NCBI GenBank assembly: GCA_040954595.2
Contig: CM082591.2
Span: forward strand, 11,611,309-11,675,308
DNA length: 64,000 nt
Direction of reading: 5' to 3'
DNA from: Balanoglossus misakiensis
Taxonomy: Eukaryota; Animalia; Hemichordata
In this document: positions 35,841-50,346 of the stretch, one piece after another
How positions within the stretch are numbered: position 1 is the stretch's first letter
Layout: every line of letters starts with the position of its first letter
Notes under the pieces: model-generated
Database searches by the model: none
Told to the model about the DNA's origin: nothing
Seen by the model: only the letters and a program-made list of their open reading frames with translations
Program-made: the position numbers and the translations under genes

Positions 35841-38836
35841 CAACAACCCAACACACAAACAAGAATTCACAACTTACTACATTATCCCAACCCACATTTT
35901 AACTTATGCATGGTCAAGAAACAAAAACTAGTTTTCTTCAGCTAAGTGATCAAAACCCCTAGAGCAGCTGCCATATTTTACATTTTTTTATACGACTTTA
36001 CTTTCCAACTTAGATTGTTTGATTACTTATTAGCTTATTAGATTACTTTTTAGCTTACTGATAGGTATACATGAACATCTAATATCAACACCAGATTGTG
36101 GCTGTAGTGCAAATGCAAGTTTAAACAGATAAATAATTAATCTTGGTCGCAATGGGATATAGCCGCCACAGGGCCTGCAGTTATACTTTGCAGTCACGAT
36201 CTCGCACTTGCCATACAATGTAGTACGTCGTATTTTCTGCGGGAGTAATTTTGGCAACATTACTATACACCTATTTGTAATCGTTATATTTAATTATACA
36301 GGTAAATATTGGGATTATACCTGAGGCCAAAAAGAATATTGTGGTTTCGTTGTTTCGCAAAGTATAACTAGCCCCGCCACAGTGGGAAAAATGCAAAATA
36401 CAATGAAAACACATTTCCCACAATTAGGCCATTCACATTACTCAAAAAAGGCTAGGCCCTTGTCCTAGCAATGTACGTGGCCGAGCAAAAAACCCCAGAT
36501 GTGAACGGGTCTGGCCGACCCTTGTCCGGACAATTTTGGTCCCAGTCGAATGGGGTGGTCGACTCTGATCCGACTCTGGTCCCAGCCTGGTGTGTGTGGA
36601 CACGTTTTGTCCGGATCTGGTCCTGGTTGACACCTTTTACAATTGACATAAACAGTGCAGTCTATCATTTGACAAAACAACCAGAAGAGGACCAACATGG
36701 TTCTGCTTTATAAGGTCAAAGGTTGGCGAGACGACGTTGGCCAGGACAGTGCCAAAACAATGTGAACAGTAGCCCGGAGACCAGGGCGTCAGGGAAAAGA
36801 AACGCCCGGGGACAGTCTCTATTTACGAACAGAATTCTGTGCGCAGAACGACACGGGTGGTAAATCTTGTGTGTAAGCTAATTGGTCACTCAATGTAAAC
36901 CAAATGACATCATCGCATTCTAAATAAGGAAATAGAGGTGGAGTCATGTGTGAAATTCCCGCGACGGGATGTGGGAGTGGTTTTGAAGGTGTATGAATAT
37001 TCATAACCAAGCTATGTTAATTATATCATCCAACCACTGGCGCCCGTCAACATTTGATAGATCACTCGTTATCCATTCGTTACTAAGCGACCCTGATCGT
37101 TGCCAGGGCTACTATCTTTCAGCTCAGCAGGAAATTGCTCGACTGTCCCCGGCCGGGCGTTGTATTCTAGATCGACGCCTGGTCTCCGGGGACTAAAGAT
37201 TAGCTTATCTTGTCACAATCATCGGGATAAGTTTTGCCCGGCCATGGGCCTAGATGTGAACCTAGCATTTGAAACTTCATAAACAAAGCATTATCTCATC
37301 CACAAAAACAAAAAGTGTTATTATACTCCATGGAGACATATTTTCATTGCAATTTTTTTTTTAATTGTGGGAATTTTCAACTTTACTGATATTTATTTTT
37401 TGGCCATTCTGTCATAGATGTGTTATCTTGATTCTAAAGGATGGGGAGAAGATTTGAAGTATTTTATTGTGAAAAAAATATCTGAAATTTGGAAGTTCAT
37501 AGGGCTTTAGACAATCTAATTAAAGGGACATTAGCTGTAACTTTTGACTATTTTTTATTACTTGTGTTCTGTGTACTAACTCCAGTTTCCTATGCTTGCC
37601 CACACATAATGCTCAAGTTTCCAGTATTCTGATTGTCAACGTAGCCTACACATGTGAAATGATCATTGTTATTGTTGACAATTGAATTATAGTCCGGACT
37701 AGAATACAAACTTTCAACAATAACAATGCAGATTGTACTCATATAGGGCATGTTAATGAACAAAATACTGGGCATTTCATCATGGTTCAGGGATTCCAAC
37801 CAGAAACTGTAGTTGATACATAGAACAAACAAAATATAAAATGACCAAAAGATACAGCTATAAATGGATCTTTAAAATCAGAGTTAGGTGCGGTCTTTAG
37901 TTTAGCTGATTCTTTGCTGTTCTTTTCAAAAGGGGGCCCAGCGTGGCGTATACACTCGAGAACAGCCATTACAGAGAACAAAACAGCCAAAGCCGAGAGA
38001 ACTATCACCAGTGACCAGTGCCTAACTCTACATCAGACTTTAATCAGATTGGGCTTTAAATAGACATTGGCATCAGACACCCATGTCAATGTGTATTGTA
38101 GTGTTGAGAAAAACAATCCACAACCAGAATATAATAATAACAAATGTAAAATGCTTTATTTCTTAATACCAATGTCTGGAAAAGCTTTCACCATTTCTAA
38201 GAAGTGCATGGACTACATTACTTACTAGATGGCACCGAGTGTCCCAGTGTAGAAAGTATATGCTGCTGAATTAAGCAAATTTTCACTATGAAGTTTCAAA
38301 TTCGTTGCAACTACCATTTGAAATAAACAAACATTGTACACATAGATTGGAATCAATCTCATAATATGCACGATGAGTTGCGAATCTGCTGTGCATCTCA
38401 TTCAAACAAACTTCTGATCATGAGTTTGAAAAATAAGTACCACTGACATGGCTATCTACTGTCTAAAGTGTAAACTTAGCTTGTATGACACCTTGGCCAA
38501 GCTAAATGATTTCTGGTGGAGGTGTTGTTTAATTTACCATTTCACCCCCCGTTTCCCTCTTTAGATCCATAGAATCCAACTGTGTTGAAAGGGTTAAAAG
38601 ACATACTCACAGGGCGATATTAGACCAGTAGCATTCTTTTTGACTTGTAAATGATACCACTGGTAGTAGACTATTAAAATAATTACACATGTTAGCGAGG
38701 GCAATACATGTATCATGATATTGTTTGAGCAACAATGTTTTATTAATTGTATTACACCGAACATTTGAACAAACTGGTACATACAGCATAGAAGAACGTT
38801 TTCAGAGTTGCGTCTATGTCATACGTTGCAGTGAAC

Positions 38837-39420
38837 TTAAAGGTCACATGTCATGCTTTGGAAAGTTTTCATTTTTCCACGTCAAAAGCTCACCTATGGT
38901 ACCTGTCTATGCATTGCCTATTGTGTCGGTTCCGAAAAATGTGCGCAAATGCCGGAATTTGCCCCCTTTTTTCATGCCTGTGATCGGGGAGCCACTTCGC
39001 ACTCGAGCCAGGCGAAGGTATTTGCATATGGACAAACAAGTACACTACGTCGTAGTGTACCATTCTGTTTACAGTAAAGTGTAATTATCGGTCCATGAGT
39101 AATTAAGTCCACAGACAAAGACAAGCTATATAAACAGTGTTCAAAGCAAAGGAAGCCCTTGCCTCACATTGCAGGCAGAGGATTTACAAAGGTGTGAAAG
39201 ACTATTTGTCCACATCAAGATAAGTCTTCGGCTTAACTTCGAAAAGCCGAAAAAAATCGACTGAGCTGGGTTAGGGGTACACGCCCACCCGCCACTTTTA
39301 CTTGCTTGTTATCTAAGCACAAGGGGCAAAACGCATTGCAAGATAGTAACATACGTTAACTTCAAGACCCAAATAGTGATTTTACGCGTGGTTGTATAGG
39401 GCATGGCATGGGACCTTTAA
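38837..39420. mobile_element. TTAA-flanked Kolobok-like MITE
   Basis: TTAAAGGTCACATGTCATGC ... GCATGGCATGGGACCTTTAA. Confidence 0.75.
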
Positions 39421-39799
39421 ATGGCTCGCTTTATGTACCTACTTCGAACTCAGATAATTTTGAGGAAACCGCGCTGTTGGTTGCGATTTTGGTGTATTTA
39501 CTGTCTGTTTGCAGTAAAATATCGTTCTATTGAACAGGTGTTAAGCCTGTGTGTTGCTTTGAAGCCATAGATGCTGGAGTTGACTGATCGTGAAGGAAGC
39601 TATTGAACCACAGTTTGTTATGCACAGGAAAGATGCGCAGAACCTAAAACCTGTTCTCAGCGGGCCACATCCTCTCACTACACGCCTATCCCCGGCCCGT
39701 AGCCCCTACCTACGGGCCATAGACTCTGTCAACCATGTAATATCATATCACGTGGTACGGTCTCACCCAATCAAGAGTACGGAATACAGCGTGAGGTGT

Positions 39800-40270
39800 A
39801 ATAATACTGTTTATAATATACCTCATGCTAATACTGTGCCGTGATTCGCCAGAATCCGTCACGTGATAGGAAAATAGAATCGACTATGAACCGCTAGTGA
39901 AATAGCAGAAAAAATATAAACCGGTCACGTGACCAACGTGGTAACGTCAATCAGCGTCGCGTCGTCTGACATAATGGCCACGCTAAAGATGTCGTCTACC
40001 AGCCTCAAAAGAAAATTGCAAGATTTTCCCAGCTGTTAGTGTTAGCATGAGGTTTATTATAAAACACCTATAGCCTGGCCTATATTCGGGCCATAGCAGC
40101 CGTTTTTACCCCCTCGTGACTGTGAGTTACCAGAATCATATGCTATTTCCCTCGGCCTACGGCCTCGGGAAATAGCCTCGGGAAATAGCATATGATTCTG
40201 GTAACTCACAGCCTCTCGGGGGTAATAAACGGCCGCTATGGCCCTCATGGCCAGGCAATAGGTGTTCAAT
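39800..40270. mobile_element. Hairpin-ended Crypton-like element
   Basis: Hairpin ~40063-40266 centred on CCTCGGCCTACGGCCTCGG; subterminal ATAATATACCTCATGCTAA/TTAGCATGAGGTTTATTAT. Confidence 0.6.
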
Positions 40271-41896
40271 ATGATCATAACAGAAGTCTTGGCATTTCAG
40301 ACTGGATATCTGTACCTAGTTAAATTCATGATACATACACAGTTGTCATGGCCTGTCAAGATGTACACTGAATGACTTATTTTTGTATTGAATGTAACAG
40401 AATTATAAATGTCATAAAAATTAAGACTGTAATATGAAAATATAAAATACACATTACTGGAAAGAAATCACATCAGTTTGTTATACAGTATTAGTAAAAA
40501 AGCCAAATTCAATGTCAACACCAATCTCTGACAACTTTGATATTGTCTGTCTGCAAAATATACTGGACTTGTTGGTACACATACTGTACTTCCAGTGATC
40601 ACCAAACATAAATTATCAACACGTACAGACGGCATGCAAATTAGAGTATTCTTTTTGTATAATCACTGGTGAATTTAATGCAGACAGAGTCAGGGCATTC
40701 AAGCCCTGGATAGCCACTAAAGATGGGCAGGTGAACATCACAGACACAGGGCAAACATTTGAAAATCAAGATATCCAGATAAAGTGAAGAACTGAAAAAC
40801 TGTTGGAACCATGCAAGACATGAAAACATAAACAAACTGACTACGACAAAGTTAAAATATCGAAAGTTCAATATAGTAAATCTAATTTAATTGCTTAAGT
40901 ATGGGGGTGGGGGTTTTTGGCCAAATTAAATTCTGTGCAGTCAAAAACGATTTTACATATTTTTGGCAAACTTAGTGATTTCAAGACTACTTTTTTGTTG
41001 TGTTCTGTTCGGTTGCAATAAGAGTATTTTGTCAATTTATTAATGGTTTTCTGTTTTTATTTAATTTACTAGTACATTGGTACGTTGTCTGACAAAAATA
41101 GTATGGGTACAAGTCCAAAATGTTTTTCAATTTTAGGTCAGTTAAGTTGGAATGGGATGGGGGGGGGTCTGAGGCCTAACTTTAAAAGCAATTAAGTTAT
41201 TAATATTATATTGAACTTTTGATATTGCCCCTAAGTATATAGGCCACTTTTGGAAAGTCTTTCGACTGGACATTATAGACAGGTTTGAATGTATTACCAG
41301 CATTTGTCATGTGTGCATAATGGATGTAGCAAAACTGGTATTAAAAATGAAAAGTGTTCCAACTTCCATCCAGGAAGGCATCTACAGGTGGGAAATGTCC
41401 CCTTTTGGCAGAATTTTGTTTTTGAGGATTCCACTCTGACAAGGAGGGGGGGGGGGGGTGTAATATCTCTAACATGCGAGTTATATCATTTTAAAGGGCA
41501 CCTGGGGGGGGGGGGGGCAATGCCCTGACAAATTGCTAGGGGGTGCCCACATGTCAACAGGGGGTAAATTCCATCATTTGCCATGAATGGATTACTCAAT
41601 TACTCAATATGCTCCACACATGACAGAAAACTAAGACAAATTATATTTACATCTAATAGTATTCAAGAATTTAAACACAGAAACTGGCAAAGCAAGAACA
41701 TGATTTTACAGGCAACACACATCATAAAATTCTACCGCAGTATCCTATCTCAAAATTCTAGAGTTAATGTCTCACTATCAAAGATAAGGCAAGTTCTAGA
41801 AAGTTGTAATGCATGAAAATCTGACACATTCACTTTTGCAAACTTGTATCATTTTCACAACTCACTTTTGCAAACTTGTGAAAGGCATATTTTGTA

Positions 41897-42162
41897 TCAT
41901 TCTGATTTCTTGTGGGTAGTTATCTTTTCTAGAAGTTCATCTGCCATGTCACTGCTTTTTACTCGAATGAGCAGAGGGACTGGTTTGGGTGGACATCCTT
42001 TACTGCACTGGTTACTTTCCTGTGGGTTTGCATATTTCACTTGACACTCAGGACATGTTTTCTCCATTGGCGGATTGAGTGGTGCTACCAACATCAGATT
42101 ATTCTTGCCTTGTTTTTTGATGGGCAGGCTTGCTGGTACACCAATGTTGAGTAGGATATTGC
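41897..42162 (-). CDS. NUP50: Nup50 last coding exon (end of Ran-binding domain)
   Basis: ttgcag|GC AAT; GNILLNIGVPASLPIKKQGKNNLMLVAPLNPP ... LLIRVKSSDMADEL, resembling the Nup50 C-terminus. Confidence 0.92.
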
Positions 42163-42454
42163 CTGCAAACAAACCAAAATATGGAACACTCGGTTAAAGG
42201 TATACAATCACCCTTTATTTACATATGCCCATATATGGTTAACTGGGCACATCTAATTGATCAAATGACCATTTTTCCATAATTTGAGACAAAAATATAT
42301 TTGAATAAGCGAAGCCATATTCTTTATTTCCATTACCATTAAGGTGGAGAACCACTGAAATTTTTACCCTTTCACCACCATGGTTCAGTCCAAACCTATT
42401 GTTTTCTATGGCAAGGTTGGACCTCTAAAGAGAGAACTGGGGTGAAAGGCTTAA

Positions 42455-43803
42455 GGTGGTTGAAAAGGCTATTTTTGAAGCAAATTCTCTCAATGTTTGT
42501 GAATTTATTTTCACAAGTTAGAATAAAGATAATGATTTGAAATTTGCAGCATGTTTTCTTAACAAACTAAAAAGTGAGGGAAAAATATGACTGTAAAAAT
42601 ATCTGCTAAAATTATGAAATTTGATAGGCCTAAATATAAATATTCATAATTTTACAAAATATTGATTGAATCTTGACATGTTTTCACAAATTATTGAATA
42701 ATTTGTATTCATTTTAATATTAAGCAACCTCTCAAGCAACGTAAGGGACGTTTTCAGCATAAACTTATTTTTTTCAAAGTTATCACTCAGGAAAAAACAG
42801 TTTTTGTTGATATTTTATATACAACTTGAACGTGCTGCCAAAACACAACGGGACAATTTATGCAAAAACCGCTCCGTAAAATCGTTCTTTTGGATGTCCC
42901 GAGCCTTTCCTGAAAATTTCATAATAAAAAAATTATCTGGCATACCAATTCAATCACAAATAAAAACCATAACATTATGGCGAAGGGCAGAAAAGTAGCG
43001 AAATACGCAAAGTTTAGCGGCAGTTCACGGCGAAGGATCGCATTTATCTGGGTCAAACGCCTTTCCGCTGGCCTTTGGGGTTCCCTAGAAGTGTAAAAAT
43101 GTACATAATTTGGCAGCCTTTAATGTACAAGCAAGGCTATCTATCGCTGAATATTGCAAGAATCAGTGTTTTCAAGTTACATTTAAATGCCCTTGGCTAG
43201 GGGAACCCGTCCTTGTGCGCATGCGTAGCGTCTTGTATAGCAACAAGTCGCTGTGGGAGTCCTACATCGCTGGTTGAGTGTATGCGTTTGCCTGTTCGGT
43301 GAGCGTGACACGAGCGGGTAAAAATTGAAGCGAAAGCTTCAATTTTTAAGTCCGAAAATGGACTTGCAGCAAAACGTGTCAAACGTTCAAGTAGCCAGGG
43401 CCAAGAGAGACTACTAGTCCGAGCAGGACAGGGGAAGAATCTGAACATGGACCGGTCGAACACGGCAGTCAATCGTACGCACGTAACATGCGTAACGCAG
43501 TCAATCCATTGCCAAGCACGAGTCTAGCTCACACCGTTAATAGCGAAAAAAGATGTTCTATCGAGTGGCAGTGGAGAATCTACAGATTTTTCAAGCAACC
43601 TTGATTATATGACGTCGATAATAAGACTCCCTAGCTTCCTTGCTAGGTGTATGAAATTAGCTATTATAAAACCAGCCATATCTTGTTACACGTTTATTGC
43701 CCAGATTTTTTCATCGTTTTAATTTTTCTCAAATACATTTCTAGATATAAATTCAGTGGTTTTAAATGAAATTTTAACTGATGCCCTAGCCTATCCAACT
43801 ACC
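42455..43803. mobile_element. TTAA-flanked Kolobok-like element; sister of 53375-54359
   Basis: Imperfect TIR GGTRGTTGRAWAGGCTA, TTAA flanks, long near-identical blocks shared with the sister copy. Confidence 0.85.
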
Positions 43804-44977
43804 TTAAAGTATTGTCATTTTCCTGTTGTTGTGTTTTACATAGTTTGTGCAGTACATCAATAGGTTTTAAAAATAGAAGCAGGCAAATCCCATCCTATGT
43901 GCACACGTTGAATTTTACATCCTAAAGTTTCATTATGTCATATAGTTTATAAAACATTGACACAGGTTTTGGGTGGCAACATTATCACTTTGACATTCTG
44001 ACACGCAAAAATAATGATTGTTATCATACATGCAAGAACACCCGTATTTGGCACTTTCTATTGTTCTCGCAGTGAAGATATTATACGGTATTTCACTGGG
44101 TGAAATACCGGTATTTCACTGGGTGAAATACCGCGTCCACGTCTCGAACTATTGTTGAGAATGCGCTGAAATCATCACACTCCCAGCGTTGACTCAGTGA
44201 TCGGCGGCACGACAGTTCACTACACGCGCGAGCGACATACAGGGCATAGGACTCTAGTGGAGAGGGGTGTTGTAAAATTCGGTTATTAGAAGCTGTAATA
44301 AAGTTTTCAAAGCTGGCGGTTTTGTCATGTTGAATGTATAATTTTTACTTCTTCAATGCAAAATAATTAACATGATATTTTGAAAGAGAACATAGACAAT
44401 TTTATTTAGAATGCGGATGTGCCCATCGTAATGAAAGCTGCCAACCCCCTTAGAATAATACTACAACCTAAACGTTGATCACCTGATCTCATCGCCCTGT
44501 CTCACTTGGCTATGAGATACTGCCGCGGCCGTGATCCCAGGGCGCCCGGTTCAAATTTCTGGCCATGAAATTGTTTTTCTCGGCGTATTTTCGCAAATCT
44601 TACTCGTGATGTCCGTTTTATATGGACATCACTTGAATACGACGCGTTATCGACCAAAATTCGTGTAATAACCCCTAATTACTACTGTCATCGGCAAGGT
44701 TGGCGGCAATCTAAGTCACTTAACTTCTCTGGGGGAATTTTAAGTCTCTTTCAGAAGTACTGTAAGTTATAAATGAGGGCTTTTCCCAAATATTTCAGTT
44801 TTGCATATACATTATGGGAATGCACCACATAATGCATTGTAGCTTCACCACTTGTTACATTTTGTATATTCAAAGAATAGATTCCTTGAAAATGAACCCC
44901 AACCATTTTTCGAATAACTGAACAATTGCCTATCCCTGTCCCGAGAGTGTTCGGATAATCAACGTTCTACTGTATTT

Positions 44978-45715
44978 AAAAACAAGTGACCTATCGGTCA
45001 AAAGAGCTCTGCTGACTTTAACAGTGAAACCTATAGCTGGGCAATGATATGAATACCCTAGGTTTTAATCATAACAATTGTATTCTATCAAACAAAACCA
45101 AACATAGAGTCATAGACATCACAAGTATTTAATATCCAAATTCAGCTTGATTCATTGTGCTAAAGAAAGAAAGAATTGATTCCTAAAGAACAATATCAAA
45201 AGGAAGCACCAAGGTTCTAATTTGCATATTCATGACCCCATCAAAATTCCAATTAACAAAATCAGGTAGGGGCACCATAACACACATTCCTACCAAATTT
45301 CAGCTCCATCGTACATGAATTTAGGGAGATTTTTTACCAAAAATTCTATTTTTAGATCTAATTTGCATATTTATGACCCCATCATATCCAAATTAACAAA
45401 ATCAGGTAGAGGCACCATAACACACATTCCTACCAAATTTCAGCTTCATCGTACATGTAGTTAGGGAGATGAAGATTTTTGACCAAAAATTCTATTTTTA
45501 GATATCATTTGCATATTCATGACCCCATCAAATTCAAATTAACAAAATCAGTTAAGGGCACCATAACACACATTCCAACCAAATTTCAGCTAAATATGCC
45601 AAGTTGTTTTAAAGAAGAAGATTGAAATACCAAAAGTTGACGGACGACGGACGGACGGACACTTATCAACCTATTGCTACAGCTCGGCTGACACAAGTGA
45701 CAGCAGAGCTAAAAA
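44978..45715 (-). mobile_element. HINE-like element, second family
   Basis: AGCTCTGCTG/CAGCAGAGCT subterminal repeats, end stem-loop TGACCTATCGGTCA, (GACG)n microsatellite, ~140-bp internal repeats. Confidence 0.7.
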
Positions 45716-45878
45716 TATCAAAGAGACAGTAAGATTATGATGCTCCAAGGATTGCTTGGACAATGTTTCAACATCACTTGGCATTGTGTAGATGTACATG
45801 AAAGAAAATACAGCTACTACACAAAACAAAAACCACTGATACAAAAAGTGTGTGGAAACTGAATGAAATGACTCCTAC

Positions 45879-45994
45879 CTAAGTTGGTATCTGCTCTGAC
45901 TAACATCTGCAGCACACTGCTTGTCTTCTTCAGATGCAACATTCCCAGACCTCTCTCAGTGAAACTACTCTCTTTTTTGACAAATAATTTACAC
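45879..45994 (-). CDS. NUP50: Nup50 Ran-binding domain exon
   Basis: [39 protein letters not shown]; phases 2/1 fit both neighbours. Confidence 0.92.
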
Positions 45995-48870
45995 CTGAAA
46001 AAAACAACAGTATTGTACGATTAGTGTTGTGTAACTAAACATATATAAAGATAAAACACTACTTGAATCTGTAAAGCTCCAGTAACTCCAACTTTCGGCT
46101 ACATTTGTATTTTCTCAGTTTTCTTGTTTTTATGCATGCGTGAAATAATTGCGGTTTTCAAGTTTGTGTCAACACAGAACATGAGTTGAAAACCTAATTA
46201 TTGAATGCAAAGTGCACTCAATTTCACTGTCCTTAATTACAAAAAAATAAATAATTGTAATGCAAAACTCCCTACAGAAACCATGGTTTCATTGTAGAAT
46301 AATGGAATCTATCACTCCCAATGACTTGGGATCATATTTCTCACAAGAGTCGGGATTTTCTGTCCAACTCAAGCCACAGGTGAGTGTGGGACAAAATATC
46401 CCTGACGAGTGTGAGAAATATGATCCCAGGTCCTTGATGTGTGAGATTATATTTCTCACACGGTCACAAAAGTCGCTTGCACATGTGCCATGGTTAGGCC
46501 GCCCTTTTCGGGATTATAAAAGTTGGTAAACATTTCTTATCAGCGACTCAAATAGTTTTGCATTCACATGTGTATAAAAGGGACGGGGTCATCGCCCTCT
46601 ATGCGCGTCCACAGCAGCGTGTGTTTACTGTATATGGTACTCTTGAATTTGCTTTTTAAACGTCGTCGACGCCGATTTTATGGGCATTTGAATGACCCGA
46701 TACCCGTTTATGGTAACCTTTCATTGGAGGTTGCGATTGGAAGACTGCAGTCCATGCTACAAAATCGTTGTCGGAGGTCGAGTTTGCAATTCCTTTGTAT
46801 GTGCCTTGGCCATTTCCGCGTCACTCCAATTGTTGCCTCGAGACACTGCTTCGGCCATTGTTTTAGTAAAGTGAACCTCAACGCTTAATGCAGCGCTTAA
46901 TGAGACAAACCGCGTCGGCAGAGTGCGTTTAGATCGGCGTTTAGTGCGGTGTTTCTGTTCACACGTGATTTGAATCGCTGCTTAGTGCGGCGCCCCGACC
47001 CAGGTCCCACCCCTCAACACCGTCACAAAAAAAGAGCGGCGCAGGGCCGCTCTCACCTTTTCACACGTGGCACTTACAAATTAACGCCGCCCTAGGGCAG
47101 CCGCTGGGGCGGCGTTGACGGCACGTGAGAAAGGCACTAAATTAGCCAAATTCGTATTAAAACATTGAATTAATGACTCTGGAACTGTCGTCTGGCACGT
47201 TGTAGTCTCTGTCCGTGTAATGTGGGGGACACACACACACCATTGAGACGGTTCTGAAGCGTCTCAGAACAGATACCGTCTTAAAAAAACACATGTGGAC
47301 GGTGTATAGTGGTTCTGAAATGGCTAAGATTTCAGACGGCTTTGCCAGTCAGACCTGAGCCGGTGTAAGGATTAACATCTCTCTGCAACCCATTGTATAT
47401 GGGGCCCAGCCTCAGTGCCTAGATATGTGGCGTTCTCACTGGCACGTTTACACCGGTGCTACAACGGTGTAAATTTGACACCGACGGAAAAAAACAAGTG
47501 AGAACGCTTTACGCCGTTGTTACGCCGGTGTTGATTTGCGACGGCGATGGGTGGCGGGTCAGGGCCAGTGCTGGACCAGCGCTCCGACGCAAATAGTCAG
47601 TGAGAACGCAAAGATAAACAAACGCCGTTCAAAAGCGCCACCCTGCAGTGACTTTTGGGTATGTTTATTAGGTATAGCCCATTGTCTTTGGTCAGTTTCC
47701 ATTGTTAAGTCAATCACTCTGGACGCGAGTGGTTTTTAAACCATTCGCAGTTTGCCAGGTCTGCAACACTTCTGTCTGCTACCAACTTTCGGAAGGTTCT
47801 CTCCATCACCGAAAAGCTGAGGCATTTTCCATTAATGGATTAACATTCATTTACTTCTAAACATTATCAAAACTGTCACAAAGTCGTCTAGAACGCATAT
47901 GCAGGTATAGAAACTGAAACATGTTGCTGTAAAGTCCTCGACGTCCTCAATTTTGTTAGTTGCCGTGATGCTAAACATGGCGATTTAGACGGTGTTTATT
48001 TCAAAACAGTGGCCAAAAGTTTAGTGTGTGGACGCACGGAGATTCTGTGGGCTAATCCCCTGTGTTTGCAAAGAGTAAACACTGGCATAACACTGGTGTC
48101 GAAACTTTTAGTGAGAACAAGACTTATAAACAAGCGACACAAAGGATTAATGCTCTGTGTTTACCATAGGCAAACACTGCAGTGTCTCAAATTTTTTCAT
48201 GTGTGAACCTGGTACAACACACATCGCGTCATTTGATAACATTTAGCGTGCGTGCGCTAATTAAAGAATGCTTTGTCATCCAATCAGCGCTCACGTCTTA
48301 TACAGTACAGAATTCGATTCAGTGGGAGTATGGGATCGATTTGTTCTCAAACTCTGATCCCCTACACGCTCAGTGTGCCAGGAATGTGAGAAACACTTTT
48401 CTCACACTCCTGGCCGCTGGGAGTGTGGGATAGAGAGTGAAACTTGTGGGGATACAAGTGGCAGTTTCTAATGAGCTTGCGTGTAAAATTACTCTTCAGA
48501 AAAGAGCGATGTTTAGCACCTTGCTTAGTCAACAGTCATTGTGCCTTGTTGCTGATGGTCATCAGTAAATGAGGAGCCCCAAAACCTATAGGCAAAACCT
48601 TGAGGTAGTCAGAACTTACTGCAGCTGGGGCTCTGCTGAAAAAAATTGAGACGCCCAGTGGAAGTGAAACTTGTAGCAAAGTCCATGGTGATAATATGCT
48701 AGACAACTAGGTCTTGCCTAAAAATGCTTCCCCGTACGTGAATAAATTAAAAACGTCTTTGTCCCAAGGGACCAACTCAAAGTGTATAAAAACCCACATG
48801 CTTTTATATTACGTTACGCACTGATTTCAAAGCTGTAAGACTCACAGGCGGTACTGTAGTAGCGCTTATT

Positions 48871-49140
48871 AAAAAATAGCGTCAAGGACACTGTGGTCCC
48901 ATTTGAGGATTATGCAGAAATAGGGATACACCAGAATAAAAATTACAGGTGACATTCCAAGCAGATACGATTTAACCATATAGAAATATCGAATGTAAAA
49001 AAATTAACAAGGAACATGCCCAATAAACTGTCATGTGTCATGGCAGTCTTACAAGTGGTGCGAGAAAAATTTATTTTTGACCAAAAATTGTTTGTACAAA
49101 CACATATGACAAGCAACTTCTTTCAGTCAGCCCTGGAACA

Positions 49141-49202
<62 letters not shown>

Positions 49203-50346
49203 GACGCTCACTGACCTGCCACTGGTAATTAAAAATTTAATAGCTAGTGGTCTCTGTAACAGCTGGCCTATTAAAGTTATGTAAACATGTCGAAGTTGGG
49301 GGTAACAACTCCTTGTAAACAGTAACTTTCAAAACAAGGAGAAGATTTGCTAACCAAAAACAAAGAAACTTACAAAAAAACTCGCTAAATATTGAATATT
49401 TCTGCTATCAGAATTAAATAAAAGTTGCACATGTATGTGTTATGTAATTGTATCCTAAATTTCAAACGAATCAGAGAAAAAAAAATTAAAAGAAGTTTTA
49501 AAGAAAATATTTGTTCAAAAGTGGCAAAAATACAAATATCCAAATATCACCAAAATTGTACAATATCTTACTTCAATCACAATAAGGAACATGCCTGCCA
49601 AAGTTCAATGCAATGTGACACGCGGTTTCAGAGGAAACAATTTTTGAGAAAAATTGGGAAAAAAATTCCCCAATAACACATTTATGCAAATATCAGAATA
49701 TTTTTAGCAACATCTTACTTGGGTTCCCCTTAGGAACATTCCTACCAAATTGCAAAGCAATCTGGCATGCGGTTTTAGAGAAAAAAAAAAATTGACCAAA
49801 AATGGCAAAAATCGCTCAACATTTTAAATATGCAAATGTTGCAACAATTTGAACAAAACTATAGGTACTCAGACAACCTATAGGAAGCTTCGTACTAAAT
49901 TTCAAAGAAGTAGGCCTATCACTTGCAGAAATGAAGATTTTTTACCAAAAATATGGAAAAATACAAAAAAATGCATAAAAAATCGATAATATTAGCTCAA
50001 GCAAGACTGTTCGAGGTAGACATAAGATACATGCAAGCCAATTTTCAAATCAATATGACCAGTGGTTGTTGAGTTTCTGAGTTTTGACCAAATTTAGGTT
50101 TTTCCCAGCTTATTTGCATATTTTTGGCAATGACAACTTCGTTTGAAAAAACTCCAATCTACAGCCCAGCATGCACCTACACACCAAATATGGAGGTTAT
50201 ACGCGCAGCGGTTTTCAAGTTTTTGATGTGGACAAACATACAGACATCCATCCATCCATCCATCCATACATACATACATCCATTCATACATACAGACGCA
50301 ACCGATCCCATAAGGTCCCATGGTACATACCAATGGGACCCAAAAA
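48871..50346 (-). mobile_element. HINE-like element with the same ends as 29305-31069
   Basis: Identical start AAAAAATAGCGTCAAGGACACTGTGGTCCCATTTGAGGA and matching ~330-bp other end; different centre. Confidence 0.8.
49142..49200. repeat. (CA)n microsatellite
   Basis: Directly visible. Confidence 0.95.

Noticed and set aside
44495-44566. tRNA or tRNA-derived SINE (GGTTCAAAT box B-like)
   Set aside because: No cloverleaf could be built; it lies within repeat-like sequence.
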